Shown: one piece after another, positions 19,700-29,400 of the stretch
How positions within the stretch are numbered: position 1 is the first letter of the stretch
How the letters are laid out: each line of letters starts with the position of its first letter
Assembly (NCBI GenBank): GCA_037445065.1
Contig: JBBILD010000009.1
Span: 63,577-127,576 of the forward strand
Direction of reading: 5' to 3'
Length of the DNA stretch: 64,000 nucleotides
DNA from: Myxococcales bacterium
GTDB taxonomy: Bacteria; Desulfobacterota; Binatia; HRBIN30
Notes under the pieces: generated by a model
The model's input: only the letters and a program-made list of their open reading frames with translations
What the model was told of the DNA's origin: nothing
The model's database searches: none
Program-made: the position numbers and the translations under genes

Positions 19700-20614
19700 T
19701 CAACCGCGCGGATGGAACTTGCGGTGCACTTGCCGCAAGTGCTCGCTGCTGACCTGGGTGTAAATCTGCGTGGTACCGATGTCGGCATGCCCGAGCATGA
19801 GCTGCACGGCGCGCAGGTCGGCTCCGGCTTGGACCAAGTGCGTCGCAAACGAGTGGCGCAGGGTGTGCGGTGTGAGCTTCTCTGCCAAGCCCAAGCGCTG
19901 GACCAGTTGCGCCAGGCGACGCGCTACGTGGGTGCGGCGCAGCGGCCGGCCACGACGGGAAAGAAACAGGTACGGGCTCGACCCTGGCCGGGCCAGACGC
20001 GGGCGGACCTGCTGGAGGTAGTGTGCCAGCCGCTCGCGCGCATAGCGCCCGATCGGCACCACTCGCTCCTTGCGACCCTTGCCGATCACGCGCACAAAGC
20101 CCGCCTCCAGGTTGATGCCCTCCAAACGCAGGGACACCGCCTCGGAAACGCGCAGGCCGGCTGCGTACACGAGTTCGAGCAAGGCACGGTCGCGCTGCAG
20201 GGCGAGGTCGTCGTCCGGTTGGGTGGCCAGGAGTTCCTCCACCGTTTGCACCGACACTGCCTTCGGCAACAGTTGGGGCAACTTGGGTAGCGGCAGGTCG
20301 CGCCGGAAGTCCCCCGCCAGCCACTGTTCCCGCTGAGCGAAGCGGCAGAAGCTGCGCACTGCGGAGAGCACCCGCGCCCGGGAGCGGGCCGCAAGGCCGC
20401 TTTGGTGCAACGCGTCCACGAAGCTCTGCAAATCCGCCCCCGAGAGGGCCTGCAGCGAGGTTTTGCCCCGCTGCTCGGCGTGGCGGAGCAAGCGCTGCAA
20501 GTCGCGCGCGTAGGCTTCCAAGGTGGCCTTCGAGCAACCTCGCTCGGTAGCCAGGAAGGTCAGGAAGCGATCCACCGCCTCGTCCCAGCCCAGCTCGCGC
20601 TTGCCCCTAGCCAT
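19700..20614 (-). CDS. xerD: Tyrosine recombinase XerD
   Basis: PKLPQLLPK, LELVYAAGLRVSE, VIGKGRKERVVP, HTLRHSFATHLVQAGADLRAVQLMLGHADIGTTQIYTQV...HLRQVHRKFHPRG (XerD-like C-terminus). Confidence 0.88.
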   Translation of the reverse strand: MARGKRELGWDEAVDRFLTFLATERGCSKATLEAYARDLQRLLRHAEQRGKTSLQALSGADLQSFVDALHQSGLAARSRARVLSAVRSFCRFAQREQWLAGDFRRDLPLPKLPQLLPKAVSVQTVEELLATQPDDDLALQRDRALLELVYAAGLRVSEAVSLRLEGINLEAGFVRVIGKGRKERVVPIGRYARERLAHYLQQVRPRLARPGSSPYLFLSRRGRPLRRTHVARRLAQLVQRLGLAEKLTPHTLRHSFATHLVQAGADLRAVQLMLGHADIGTTQIYTQVSSEHLRQVHRKFHPRG

Positions 20615-20617
20615 GGC

Positions 20618-23341
20618 TTACCCAGCCGCAGCCACGCTCCCCGAGTCCTCGCTCAAGCGCGCGTAGAGTTCGCTTCGAATGCGTTCGATTTCCTTCGGCT
20701 CGGTGATCTTTTGGCCGGTTTGGTCGGTGACGTAAAACACGTCCAGCACCTGATCCACGTTGGTGGTGATCTTAGCGATGTGAATCGAGAGACCCACGTG
20801 AAACAGCGTGTTGGTAATCGTGAACAGCAAGCCCACGCGGTCGTGGGTGTAGACGTCGAGCACCGTGTAGTGAGCCGAGACTTCGTTGTCCACGTCAATC
20901 TGGGTCGGCACCTTGGGCACGTAGCGCCGCGGCAAGGCCAAGGACGGGCGGGCACGTTCCACGAGTTCTTCGACGTCCACTTGCCCGGCTAGCACTGCCC
21001 GCAAGTTGTCCTCCGCGCGCTGCCAGCGCTCGGCGCGCATCACCACTTCGGGCTGATCTCCGTGGGAGATTCGAAATACGTCCAAAACGAAGCCGCTCGA
21101 ACTCGTGTGGATGTTCGCGGTGAGGATGTTCATCCCTTGGGCGAGCAACACGCCGGTGATGCGCGCGAACAAGCCAGGCTGGTCGCGGGTAATGACGGTC
21201 CACTCGCTAAAGGCGCGTTCGCGAAAGTGGCGCACCTCGCACACCAGGTCACCCTCGCGATAGCGGTCGAACAGCTCGAGGTGGTGCAGGATGGTCTCCT
21301 CGGTCGTACTCAAGAAGTAGCGCTCGGGCATTTCCGCCAAGAAGCGGTCGCGCACGGCGGCAGGCACCTTGGAAGAAGCGGCCACGCGCGCACGAATGCG
21401 GGCTGCCCGCTCGTGGTAGTCCTGCTCGATCATGGCTTCGCGTTCGAACGCCTCTGCGGTGCGCAGGTAGAGTTCGGCGAGCAACATATCGTGCCAACTG
21501 TTCCAGATCTTCGGCCCCACCGCCCGCATATCCGCAAAAGTGAGCAAATAGAGCCGTTTGAGATTGTCCAGCGTTCCGACCCGTGCAGCGAAATCGAGGA
21601 TGAGGCGCGGGTCATGGATGTCGCGCCGCTGTGCCAGGTGCGACATGTTCAAATGGTGCGCGACCAAGAAGCGCACCTGTTCGGCCTCATCCGGGTTCAA
21701 GTCGAGCCGCGCCGCAATCGCGCTACACATCGCGGCACCCCGTTCTGAGTGGCCGCCACCGCGGCCTTTCCCGATGTCGTGCAACAGCATGCCGAGGAGC
21801 AGAAGGTCGTGCCGGTCGATGTCACGCATCACGTGGGTGAGGAGCGGCACCATCTCCTGGTACTTGCCGGCACGCAACCACTCGAGTTCTTGCACCGCGC
21901 GCAGGGAGTGCTCGTCTACGGTGTAAATGTGATACGCGTCGTGCAACGCCATGCAGGTGAGGGCACCGAACTCGGGAAGAAACGCGCCCAAAACCCCGGC
22001 TTGATGCATGGCGCGCAAGGTCTGCGCCACGTTGCGACCGCGCAAGATTTCCTTGAACGTGGCCACCGCTTCGGGTCGCACCCGCTGCCGCTCGTCCATG
22101 AGATGGGCGAGATGCCGCACCAACCGCCGCGAGGCGTGGGAGACTTCCACGCCATGGCGCTGCGCGTCATGAAAGATGCGCAGGAGGTTGACTGGGTCCT
22201 CCTCGAGGATGCGTGCGTCGGTGACGTTCAACAGCCCTTGCACGATCGCCACTCCCGGACGCAAGCGGCGGGCCCGGTTCCAGCCAAAGGAAAACACCGA
22301 GCGGCGGGGCGGGCTGCAGCGCTCGGTCATGTCCGCGAGAAAGCGTTCCAAGGTGGAGGCCGCCAAATAGTACCGCCGCATCATCTGCTCGACACCCTTG
22401 AGTGCCGGCGAGTCGCGGAAGCCGAGTAGGGGGGCGATTTCCTCCTGATACTCGAAGGTGAGCTGGTCCTGGTGCTGGCGCGCTAAGAAGTGCAGCGAGT
22501 TGCGCACCCGAAACAAGAAATCTCGCGCGCCTTCGATCTCCTCTTCCTCGCGTTCGCTCAGGACTCCCTTTTGCACGAGTTCGGCCAAGCGGTTGGTCTT
22601 GAACTTGACCTTGGCCATCCACAGCGCCGAGTGCAGCTCGCGCAAGCCGCCCTGGCCCTCTTTGACGTGGGGTTCGAGCAAGTAAACCGAATCGCCGTAA
22701 CGATGGTGGCGAGCCTCGATCTCGGCCAACACGTCGCGAAAGAAGCGCTCCGCGTTCCGGTTCAACACCTCTCGTTCGAAGCGCAACGCAAAGTCGCGGT
22801 ACAACTCCGCATCCCCACAAATCTGCCGCGCATCGAGCAACGCGGTCTTCACCTTGAAGTCCTGATTGGCGAGGCTCACGCACTCGCGCACGTTGCGCAG
22901 TGCGTGGCCCACGGTGAGGCGTGCGTCCCACAAAACGTACAGGATCCGCTCAGCCACGTACTCGACGAACGGATCGCTTTTGTACGGGTACAGGAACAAG
23001 AGGTCCAAATCCGAGTACGGGTTGAGTTCGGCGCGGCCGTATCCCCCTTGCGCCACGAGTGCACAGCGCTGGTCGAGCCGCCCGAAGCGTTCTTGCGCCT
23101 CTTGCACGGCACGTTCGAAGAGGACGCAAATCAACTGATCCATGGCGCGGGTGTACGCCTGCACCACCGCTGCGCCCGAAGCGCCGCGGCGGTGCCAGTC
23201 GAACAAACGCTCGCGGGTACGGTCGAGGAACTGCCGGGCGCTGAGCCCCCAGTCCTGCCCTTCGAGCAACAGCGCTTCGCTCGCTGGCTGCTCGAACTCC
23301 GCTTGCGCCTGCAACGCTTGATGCATGGATGGTTGAGGCAT
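20618..23341 (-). CDS. glnD: [Protein-PII] uridylyltransferase/uridylyl-removing enzyme GlnD
   Basis: 907 aa with a nucleotidyltransferase N-terminus (GGYGRAELNPYSDLDLLFL), an HD domain (LLLGMLLHDIGKG) and two C-terminal ACT-like domains. Confidence 0.9.
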   Translation of the reverse strand: MPQPSMHQALQAQAEFEQPASEALLLEGQDWGLSARQFLDRTRERLFDWHRRGASGAAVVQAYTRAMDQLICVLFERAVQEAQERFGRLDQRCALVAQGGYGRAELNPYSDLDLLFLYPYKSDPFVEYVAERILYVLWDARLTVGHALRNVRECVSLANQDFKVKTALLDARQICGDAELYRDFALRFEREVLNRNAERFFRDVLAEIEARHHRYGDSVYLLEPHVKEGQGGLRELHSALWMAKVKFKTNRLAELVQKGVLSEREEEEIEGARDFLFRVRNSLHFLARQHQDQLTFEYQEEIAPLLGFRDSPALKGVEQMMRRYYLAASTLERFLADMTERCSPPRRSVFSFGWNRARRLRPGVAIVQGLLNVTDARILEEDPVNLLRIFHDAQRHGVEVSHASRRLVRHLAHLMDERQRVRPEAVATFKEILRGRNVAQTLRAMHQAGVLGAFLPEFGALTCMALHDAYHIYTVDEHSLRAVQELEWLRAGKYQEMVPLLTHVMRDIDRHDLLLLGMLLHDIGKGRGGGHSERGAAMCSAIAARLDLNPDEAEQVRFLVAHHLNMSHLAQRRDIHDPRLILDFAARVGTLDNLKRLYLLTFADMRAVGPKIWNSWHDMLLAELYLRTAEAFEREAMIEQDYHERAARIRARVAASSKVPAAVRDRFLAEMPERYFLSTTEETILHHLELFDRYREGDLVCEVRHFRERAFSEWTVITRDQPGLFARITGVLLAQGMNILTANIHTSSSGFVLDVFRISHGDQPEVVMRAERWQRAEDNLRAVLAGQVDVEELVERARPSLALPRRYVPKVPTQIDVDNEVSAHYTVLDVYTHDRVGLLFTITNTLFHVGLSIHIAKITTNVDQVLDVFYVTDQTGQKITEPKEIERIRSELYARLSEDSGSVAAAG

Positions 23342-23387
23342 TGTCTACCGTTTGGCGCCGCGGGCGCAAGGGCAAAGAGACCTCCTC

Positions 23388-26006
23388 TCAGCGTTTGCGC
23401 GCCAAGCGGCGCGCCTGTTGCACGAATTCGTCGAGCTTGACTAGCGCTTCTACGGGAGTCAGCCGCTCCACCTCGAGCCCGGCGAGTTCCTCCGCCAGGC
23501 GTTCTCCCGGGTCTTCGAACAAGGGCATTTGCCCCACCTCGGTCTCACCGCTGCGCGCCAAGCGCGGCTGGCCTGCCGCGTCGAGTTCCCCTTGCTCCAG
23601 GTTGTGGAGGATCTCGCGCGCGCGCCGGATCACCGCCTCGGGCACGCCGGCGAGGCGGGCGACCTCGATTCCGTAACTTTTACTGGCCGGACCGGGGACG
23701 ATGCGGCGCAAAAACATCACCTCGCCCTTCCATTCGCGCACGGCCACCGAGAAGTTGGCGATGCGCGGGAACAGCCGCGCCAGATCGGTGAGTTCGTGGT
23801 AGTGGGTGGCGAACAATACCAGGGGCCGCAATTTCGACTCGTGCAAGTACTCCGCCACTGCCCAGGCGATCGAAATGCCGTCGAAGGTGCTCGTGCCACG
23901 ACCGATCTCGTCGAGGATCACCAGGCTGCGGGGGCTCAAGTGCGCCAAGATGTGGGCCGTTTCCTTCATCTCGACCATGAACGTGGATTCGCCTTCGGCC
24001 AAGTTGTCGGCAGCGCCGACGCGGGTGAACAAGCGGTCCACCACACCAAGGTGAGCCTCGGCGGCGGGAACGAAGCTGCCCATTTGAGCCAGCAATACGA
24101 TCAATGCCACTTGCCGCAGGTAGGTGGACTTACCGGCCATGTTCGGGCCGGTGAGGGTGACCATCTGCACGCGCTCGGGGTCGAGTTCGCAGTCGTTGGG
24201 AACAAAGCCCTGGCGGCCAGCCATGGCTTCGACCACCGGGTGGCGCCCTTCCCGGATCCACAACCGGCGGCTGCGATCGAGTTTGGGCCGCACGTAACGG
24301 TTCTGCTCAGCCACCTCGGCCAGCGAGCACAATACATCTAGCCGGGCGAGTGCTTGTGCCGTACGCGCCAGCGCGGCCTGATGCGCGCACACGCGTTCCA
24401 GCAACTGCGCAAACAATTCCGCCTCGCGGGCGCGCAGCCGTTCCTCGGCGCCGACCACGCGCCGCTCGTACTCTTCGAGCTGCTCGGTCACAAAGCGCTC
24501 CGCGTTGGCAGTGGTTTGCTTGCGGCGGTAGTCGCTCGGTACCAAGTGCAAGTTGGGCTTGGTGACCTCGATGTAGTACCCGAACACGTTGTTAAAGCGT
24601 ACCTTGAGCGAGCCGATGCCGGTGCGCTGCCGCTCCCGTGCCTCGAGTTCCGCGATAAACTGCTTGCCACTTTGTGCCAGGCCGCGCAGTTCATCCACGA
24701 CCGGATCGAAACCCGGGCGAATCAGGGGCGCCTGGTGCAACTGCGCCGGTACTTCGTCTACCAGCGCCCGCTTCAGTTCCTCGACGACCTCGGGCAGGGC
24801 TTCGATTTCGGCCGCACACTGGCCGAGCAGGCGGGCGCCCGCGTCTTGCAACTCGCGCTGGCAGGCAGCAGCTTGCTCGAGCGCGTGGCGCAAAGCGGCG
24901 AGATCCCGGGGCTGCACGCGCCGTGAACCTAGCCGGCTGTTGAGCCGCTCGAGATCGCCCAGGGTGGCCAGTAAGCGCTGCAGATCCCGCCGCCACGAGC
25001 TTCGCTCCCGCAGCTCTTCGACCGCGTCGAGCCGCGCCCCGATGGCAACCGGGTCGGTCAGCGGCGCAAGCAGCCAGCGGCGGAGCAAGCGGCTGCCCAT
25101 GGCGGTGCGGGTGCGATCGAGCACCCACAAGAGAGAACCGCGCTGCTCGCCGCGAAAGGTGGCGAACAATTCCAAGTTCCGCTGGGTGGCCGCATCGAGG
25201 GAGAGCTGGGCCTTGCGGTCGAACACTTCCGGAGGCCGGAAATGACCGAGGCCCGCTCGGTGCGTGCGTTCGAGATAGGCAAGCGCTGCTCCCAAGGCTG
25301 CCAGCGCAGGGGTGCCGGCGGCCAGCTCGATTTGCTGCTTTGCCGCCCAGCAATTCGCCACCGCAGCCGAAAAGGAATCCGGCTCTACAAAGCTTACGCT
25401 TACACTGGGCAAGCAGCGGCGCAGCGCCTCCGCCCAAGCTTGCTCTCCTTCAGCGAGCAACACCTCGCGCGGCGCCCAAACGCGGAGTTCCTCCCACAGT
25501 TCCGCCTCCTCTCCCAGACTCAGCAGGTACGATTCCCCGGTCGAGAGTTCCACCAGGGCGAGTTCCCGTTTCTCGGCGCTAGGCTGCACAGCGGCCAAGT
25601 AGTTCGGCAGGCGCGGATCGAGGCATTCCTCTTCGACCACCGTACCGGCAGTGACCACGCGCACCACCGCGCGCTCTACCAAGCCGCGCGCGGTGGCTGG
25701 GTCTTCCATCTGTTCGCAAATCGCCACCTTGAAGCCAGCGGCGAGCAACTTGGCGATGTAGCTTTGCGCAGCGAAGTGCGGAATCCCGCACATGGGGATG
25801 GGCACTTCATCCTTGCGGCTGCGTGTGGTCAGGACCACGTCCAAGATGGGCGCCGCCGTTTCCGCATCCTCGAAAAACAGCTCGTAAAAATCTCCCAAGC
25901 GAAACAGGAGCAGCGCATCGGGGTGCTCGCTCTTGAGCCGCAGATACTGCTCCATCATCGGCGTCAGCTTAGGCCCTACCCGCTCCATGGCGCCCGATTC
26001 TCGCAC
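23388..26006 (-). CDS. mutS: DNA mismatch repair protein MutS
   Basis: TPMMEQYLRLKSEHPDALLLFRLGDFYELFFEDAE, Walker A TGPNMAGKSTYLRQ, LVILDEIGRGTSTFDG, ATHYHEL. Start is GTG 26006 or ATG 25988. Confidence 0.93.
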   Translation of the reverse strand: MRESGAMERVGPKLTPMMEQYLRLKSEHPDALLLFRLGDFYELFFEDAETAAPILDVVLTTRSRKDEVPIPMCGIPHFAAQSYIAKLLAAGFKVAICEQMEDPATARGLVERAVVRVVTAGTVVEEECLDPRLPNYLAAVQPSAEKRELALVELSTGESYLLSLGEEAELWEELRVWAPREVLLAEGEQAWAEALRRCLPSVSVSFVEPDSFSAAVANCWAAKQQIELAAGTPALAALGAALAYLERTHRAGLGHFRPPEVFDRKAQLSLDAATQRNLELFATFRGEQRGSLLWVLDRTRTAMGSRLLRRWLLAPLTDPVAIGARLDAVEELRERSSWRRDLQRLLATLGDLERLNSRLGSRRVQPRDLAALRHALEQAAACQRELQDAGARLLGQCAAEIEALPEVVEELKRALVDEVPAQLHQAPLIRPGFDPVVDELRGLAQSGKQFIAELEARERQRTGIGSLKVRFNNVFGYYIEVTKPNLHLVPSDYRRKQTTANAERFVTEQLEEYERRVVGAEERLRAREAELFAQLLERVCAHQAALARTAQALARLDVLCSLAEVAEQNRYVRPKLDRSRRLWIREGRHPVVEAMAGRQGFVPNDCELDPERVQMVTLTGPNMAGKSTYLRQVALIVLLAQMGSFVPAAEAHLGVVDRLFTRVGAADNLAEGESTFMVEMKETAHILAHLSPRSLVILDEIGRGTSTFDGISIAWAVAEYLHESKLRPLVLFATHYHELTDLARLFPRIANFSVAVREWKGEVMFLRRIVPGPASKSYGIEVARLAGVPEAVIRRAREILHNLEQGELDAAGQPRLARSGETEVGQMPLFEDPGERLAEELAGLEVERLTPVEALVKLDEFVQQARRLARKR

Positions 26007-26030
26007 CCTCTCCCCCTACCGGCAATGAAA

Positions 26031-27068
26031 CTAGGGAGCCTCCGCCGCGCCGGCCGCCGGAAGGGCAAGCCGGCCTTCGATCAGCGCCTGGTGTTGCGGC
26101 AACAAGTGGGTTGCCTGCGCGAGCGCCTCACGCGCCGCGGCTGCTTCGCCTTGCAAGCGATAGAGGTCCGCCAAACCGCACCAGCCTTCCCAGTCGTTGG
26201 GCACGAGCGAAAGCAAGGCCCGATAGCCGTCCAGCGCTTTGCGGACCTCGCCCCGCATGGCCAGCAGCTCGAGCTCCAGCCACTCTCGCTCGCTCACCGG
26301 CAGGCGATTGCTGAGCAACAGGGCGTTTTGTCTCGCCTGTACCGCCAGCTCGCGTTCCCCGAGCCAACGGTGCAACTCGGCCAAGCGCAAGTAGGCGAGG
26401 GCAAACTGCGGGTCAGCGGCAATCGCTTCCTGCCAGAGGAGGCGGGCCTGTAGATACTCGGCGCGAAAGAAACGCTCCTCGCCGGCGAGGAAAGCCCGCA
26501 GGGCGTCTGGGTCGGACGACGTGACGGCACCGACGCGCGCGATGCGCACCTCGTCGGGGGCTAAGCGGTTCTGCAACAAGGCGTCGGCTAGCCGGTCTAC
26601 CAGCTCTGCCCACTTACCCGGCCGGCCGCTTGCTTCGACCACCACCGGCTCGCCCTCTGGCTCGGCCGCGGAAAGCCACGCCGCGCGAGCTTGCACCGTG
26701 CTCGCGGTCATGCGCAACTCACCGACCACGATCGCCTGTGCGGCGAGCCTCTTAGCCAGGGAGCGGGCGGCAGCGGGCTCGCGCAGCGAGGGCGCGGCAG
26801 CACCGCTGCGGGCTGCCACCACCTCTGGCGCCACCCGGCGCCAACCACCATTACCGGCAATACGTGCGGCGAGTAGGCGCGGCAGCCCGAAGGCGAGACC
26901 CTCTGGATCCTCCCCTGCGGCCAGCGCAAACGGGGCAACCGCGACCACGCGGTACTCTGCCGGGGTGTGGCCATCCACGGCGTCCTGGCGCGAGCGGTAC
27001 CACACAGCGGTGATCACCACCGCCAACAAGGCGAGCAACAACACCAGGCGCCAGCGAAGCAGGGCCAT
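26031..27068 (-). CDS. Membrane-anchored TPR-repeat protein
   Basis: N-terminal TM helix (LVLLLALLAVVITAVWY), a central TolB-N-like region, and C-terminal TPR-like helices (ALAYLRLAELHRWLGE..., EGWCGLADLYRLQGEAAAAREAL). Confidence 0.68.
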   Translation of the reverse strand: MALLRWRLVLLLALLAVVITAVWYRSRQDAVDGHTPAEYRVVAVAPFALAAGEDPEGLAFGLPRLLAARIAGNGGWRRVAPEVVAARSGAAAPSLREPAAARSLAKRLAAQAIVVGELRMTASTVQARAAWLSAAEPEGEPVVVEASGRPGKWAELVDRLADALLQNRLAPDEVRIARVGAVTSSDPDALRAFLAGEERFFRAEYLQARLLWQEAIAADPQFALAYLRLAELHRWLGERELAVQARQNALLLSNRLPVSEREWLELELLAMRGEVRKALDGYRALLSLVPNDWEGWCGLADLYRLQGEAAAAREALAQATHLLPQHQALIEGRLALPAAGAAEAP

Positions 27069-27128
27069 CGGGCTCGCCGCGAGCCGCCGCTCAAGCGGGC
27101 AGGCGAACGGCCTCCGCGCTCGGCACGT

Positions 27129-27632
27129 TCAGCCGCCGTAAAAGGTTTTCTCGCCGAGGTCTTTGAGCCACAGGGCCGCGTCATCCGGGCGGCCGCTCGG
27201 GGCCTGCCGCAGAACTGCGTTCACCACCTCCCCGACGACCACCGAGTGATCCCCGCGCGCGATGAGGTCGGTCACCTTGCACTCGACGGCTGCCGGCGCA
27301 TTGAGCAACAGTGGCGCGCCCGTGGTTCCGCGTTCGTAGGGCTCACCGGAGAGTCGGTCACCCTCCTTGGTCACCGGTTTGAAAAAGGTGAAGGCAAGCG
27401 CTTGCTGCCCTTTGCCGAGAACATTGAGGGCAAAGGCAAGGGTTTCTTGCACCAAGGCGTGTGCGTTGGAGTCAGCCTTGATCCCCACCACCACCAACGG
27501 CGGCTCGAAGGAAGCTTGGGTCACCCAATTCACGGTAGCGGCGGCAACCTCGCCGCGGCTGTTTTCCGCGGTCAGAACGTACAAGCCATACGGGATCATG
27601 CGCAGTGCGGTTTTCTTCGCATTCGGATCCAT
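27129..27632 (-). CDS. Flavin reductase-like FMN-binding (split-barrel) protein
   Basis: ALRMIPYGLYVLTAENSRGEVAAATVNWVTQASFEPPLVVVGIK...DHSVVVGEVV. ATG 27632 is preceded by AAGGAGAG. Confidence 0.8.
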   Translation of the reverse strand: MDPNAKKTALRMIPYGLYVLTAENSRGEVAAATVNWVTQASFEPPLVVVGIKADSNAHALVQETLAFALNVLGKGQQALAFTFFKPVTKEGDRLSGEPYERGTTGAPLLLNAPAAVECKVTDLIARGDHSVVVGEVVNAVLRQAPSGRPDDAALWLKDLGEKTFYGG

Positions 27633-27748
27633 GAGCGACTCTCCTTTCTTCTCGTTCCTAGAGCTCGCGAACCGGGCACGGTTTTGCTCGCCCCGATCCG
27701 AGCGAGCCCCTCCAAGCTGGCGAGCGTAACAAGCGAAGTCAACGGCCC

Positions 27749-28951
27749 TCAAACTTGCGCCGAGCCCTCGGTGTCACAGGCCTTCGAGTTCGGTGGCAGC
27801 AAAGCCCCCTGCTCGGCGCAGGCGCGCACCAGGGCGCGTACGTCCCACCAAACATCCTCTCGCTCGCGGCCGCGCACGATGACGCTCCATTGCTGTCCCT
27901 CGGCGCTGCGCAAATACCGGTAAATCGCCCAGCGCCGGTCGAGGTCGGCCTTGTCCACCAGTTGCGGCTCGCGGTGGGGCGCGTCGAACACGCTCCACAG
28001 TCGGGCAAAGCCTCGATCGAAGTCCTCAAGCCTAAGATCGGCACGCGCGGCCACATCTCCCTGACGCACCGCCCAGCCTTCGGCCCCGGTAGCCCCTGGG
28101 CACGCCTGCACCACGATCGCGTCGTCTCCCTGGTACCGGGCCAGGAGCAGCATGCGCCGCGCTTTCTCCACGCTGGCAAGCCGCCGTTCCAGGCGCAAGC
28201 TGAGCTGCGGGTTGCCATCTCCCTTGCCGGCGAGCGAGTGCTTCCAGTGGTGAAAGCTCTCCCAACCTCCGGTGAGCACGCGCAAAGCGCGCAGCAAGCG
28301 CACGCCGTAGGTTCCCGCGCTGACCTCGCCCATGCACGGAGCCAGGCAGGTCTTCACTTGGAAGCGCCAACACTTCTGCCCTTCAGCAGCGGGCGGCAAC
28401 GGGTCTGCGCAGGTGCGCAAGGCAAAGGCGTCCGCCACCTCTGCGAGAGCCGCTGCGAGGCGCCGCGGGGCAAGCACCGGACCGAAGTAACGCGGCCCCG
28501 GCTCCACCTCGCTGCGCACTTCCAGGCGCGGAAACGGCTGGCGGAAATCCACCGCAAAATAGGCGTAGCGCTGCGGGTGGCGGTACTGGCGGTTCAGGCG
28601 CGGGGCGAGCTCTTGCACCAAGGTGATCTCGCGCAAGAGAGCGGCAAAGTGGGAGGGCATTTCTTCGACCGCAAAGCTGGCAGCGAGATTGCGCAAGGCC
28701 GACTTCTTTCGCCGCTCCTGCGCTCCGGGGCGAAAATACGACTGCAGCCGCTTGCGCAAACACTTGCTCTTTCCCACGTACAGCACCGCGCCATCTCGGT
28801 CGAAAAACACATACACGCCAGGCCCGAGCGGGACGGTGGAGAAGACGGGGGCCTCAGCCGTCACCGGCCTCGCCAGCCGCCCCCAATCTTCGCGCCGCTG
28901 CTCCCTGGGCACCATTTCGCTGAGTATGCCACGAATCTCGCCGCTTCGCAT
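27749..28951 (-). CDS. GIY-YIG nuclease, UvrC N-terminal homologue (Cho-like) with an uncharacterised C-terminal half
   Basis: GPGVYVFFDRDGAVLYVGKSKCLRKRLQSYF (GIY-YIG), then a UvrC-type Cys-rich region RYFGP...LRTC...CWRFQVKTCLAPCMGEVS. No RNase H-like or HhH C-terminal modules. ATG 28951 is chosen; the longer tracked ORF runs over the divergent cytochrome c gene. Confidence 0.7.
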   Translation of the reverse strand: MRSGEIRGILSEMVPREQRREDWGRLARPVTAEAPVFSTVPLGPGVYVFFDRDGAVLYVGKSKCLRKRLQSYFRPGAQERRKKSALRNLAASFAVEEMPSHFAALLREITLVQELAPRLNRQYRHPQRYAYFAVDFRQPFPRLEVRSEVEPGPRYFGPVLAPRRLAAALAEVADAFALRTCADPLPPAAEGQKCWRFQVKTCLAPCMGEVSAGTYGVRLLRALRVLTGGWESFHHWKHSLAGKGDGNPQLSLRLERRLASVEKARRMLLLARYQGDDAIVVQACPGATGAEGWAVRQGDVAARADLRLEDFDRGFARLWSVFDAPHREPQLVDKADLDRRWAIYRYLRSAEGQQWSVIVRGREREDVWWDVRALVRACAEQGALLPPNSKACDTEGSAQV

Positions 28952-29040
28952 GTGGGCCGGCGCTCTTCGCAATTTTGGCCGCAGCCGCGGGGCGCGCCGC
29001 GTCCTTGACTCGCACCGCTGCCTGTGTCTTGAGACACCCC

Positions 29041-29373
29041 ATGCATACGCAAGGCAGGTGGTTGGGGTTGGCCGCTGGACTTCTCTTGCTGGCAGGAGGT
29101 GCGTCCGGGGTGGCGGCGGAAGACGGGGCCGAGGTGTACAAAGCAAAATGCGCGAAATGCCATGGCGAGACGGGCAAGGGCGACACCCCCACCGGGAAAT
29201 CCATGAAAACGCCCTCGCTGGTCGGTGACGAAAAAGTCCTGCAAGGTTCCGAAGCGCAGCTCGTCCAGGCAATCCGCGAGAACAAGAAGCACAAGGAACC
29301 GGTCAAGAAGGCGGCGGAGGCCGAACTCCGAGCCGTGATTCCGTACATCAAGAAACTCGCTCGAGGGCAGTAA
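29041..29373 (+). CDS. Secreted monohaem c-type cytochrome
   Basis: Signal-peptide-like N-terminus MHTQGRWLGLAAGLLLLAGGASGVAA, haem motif CAKCH (CxxCH), and a downstream Met (KSMKTP) as a plausible axial ligand. Confidence 0.75.
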   Translation: MHTQGRWLGLAAGLLLLAGGASGVAAEDGAEVYKAKCAKCHGETGKGDTPTGKSMKTPSLVGDEKVLQGSEAQLVQAIRENKKHKEPVKKAAEAELRAVIPYIKKLARGQ

Positions 29374-29376
29374 GAA

Positions 29377-29400
29377 CGAAGCGTGTCTTTTTACGCTTCG
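29377..29400. terminator. Hairpin between the convergent cytochrome c and aldehyde dehydrogenase genes (possible bidirectional terminator)
   Basis: 8-bp perfect stem CGAAGCGT (29377-29384) / ACGCTTCG (29393-29400) with a T-rich loop GTCTTTTT. There is no canonical trailing U-tract, and the 3' arm overlaps the dehydrogenase stop codon. Confidence 0.3.

Noticed and set aside
19700-20614. Tyrosine recombinase as a marker of an integrated mobile element
   Set aside because: It has a XerD-type C-terminus and conserved boxes. It lies 3 nt downstream of glnD within a housekeeping string (mutS-glnD-xerD), with no flanking repeats or cargo genes. It is the chromosomal dimer-resolution recombinase.
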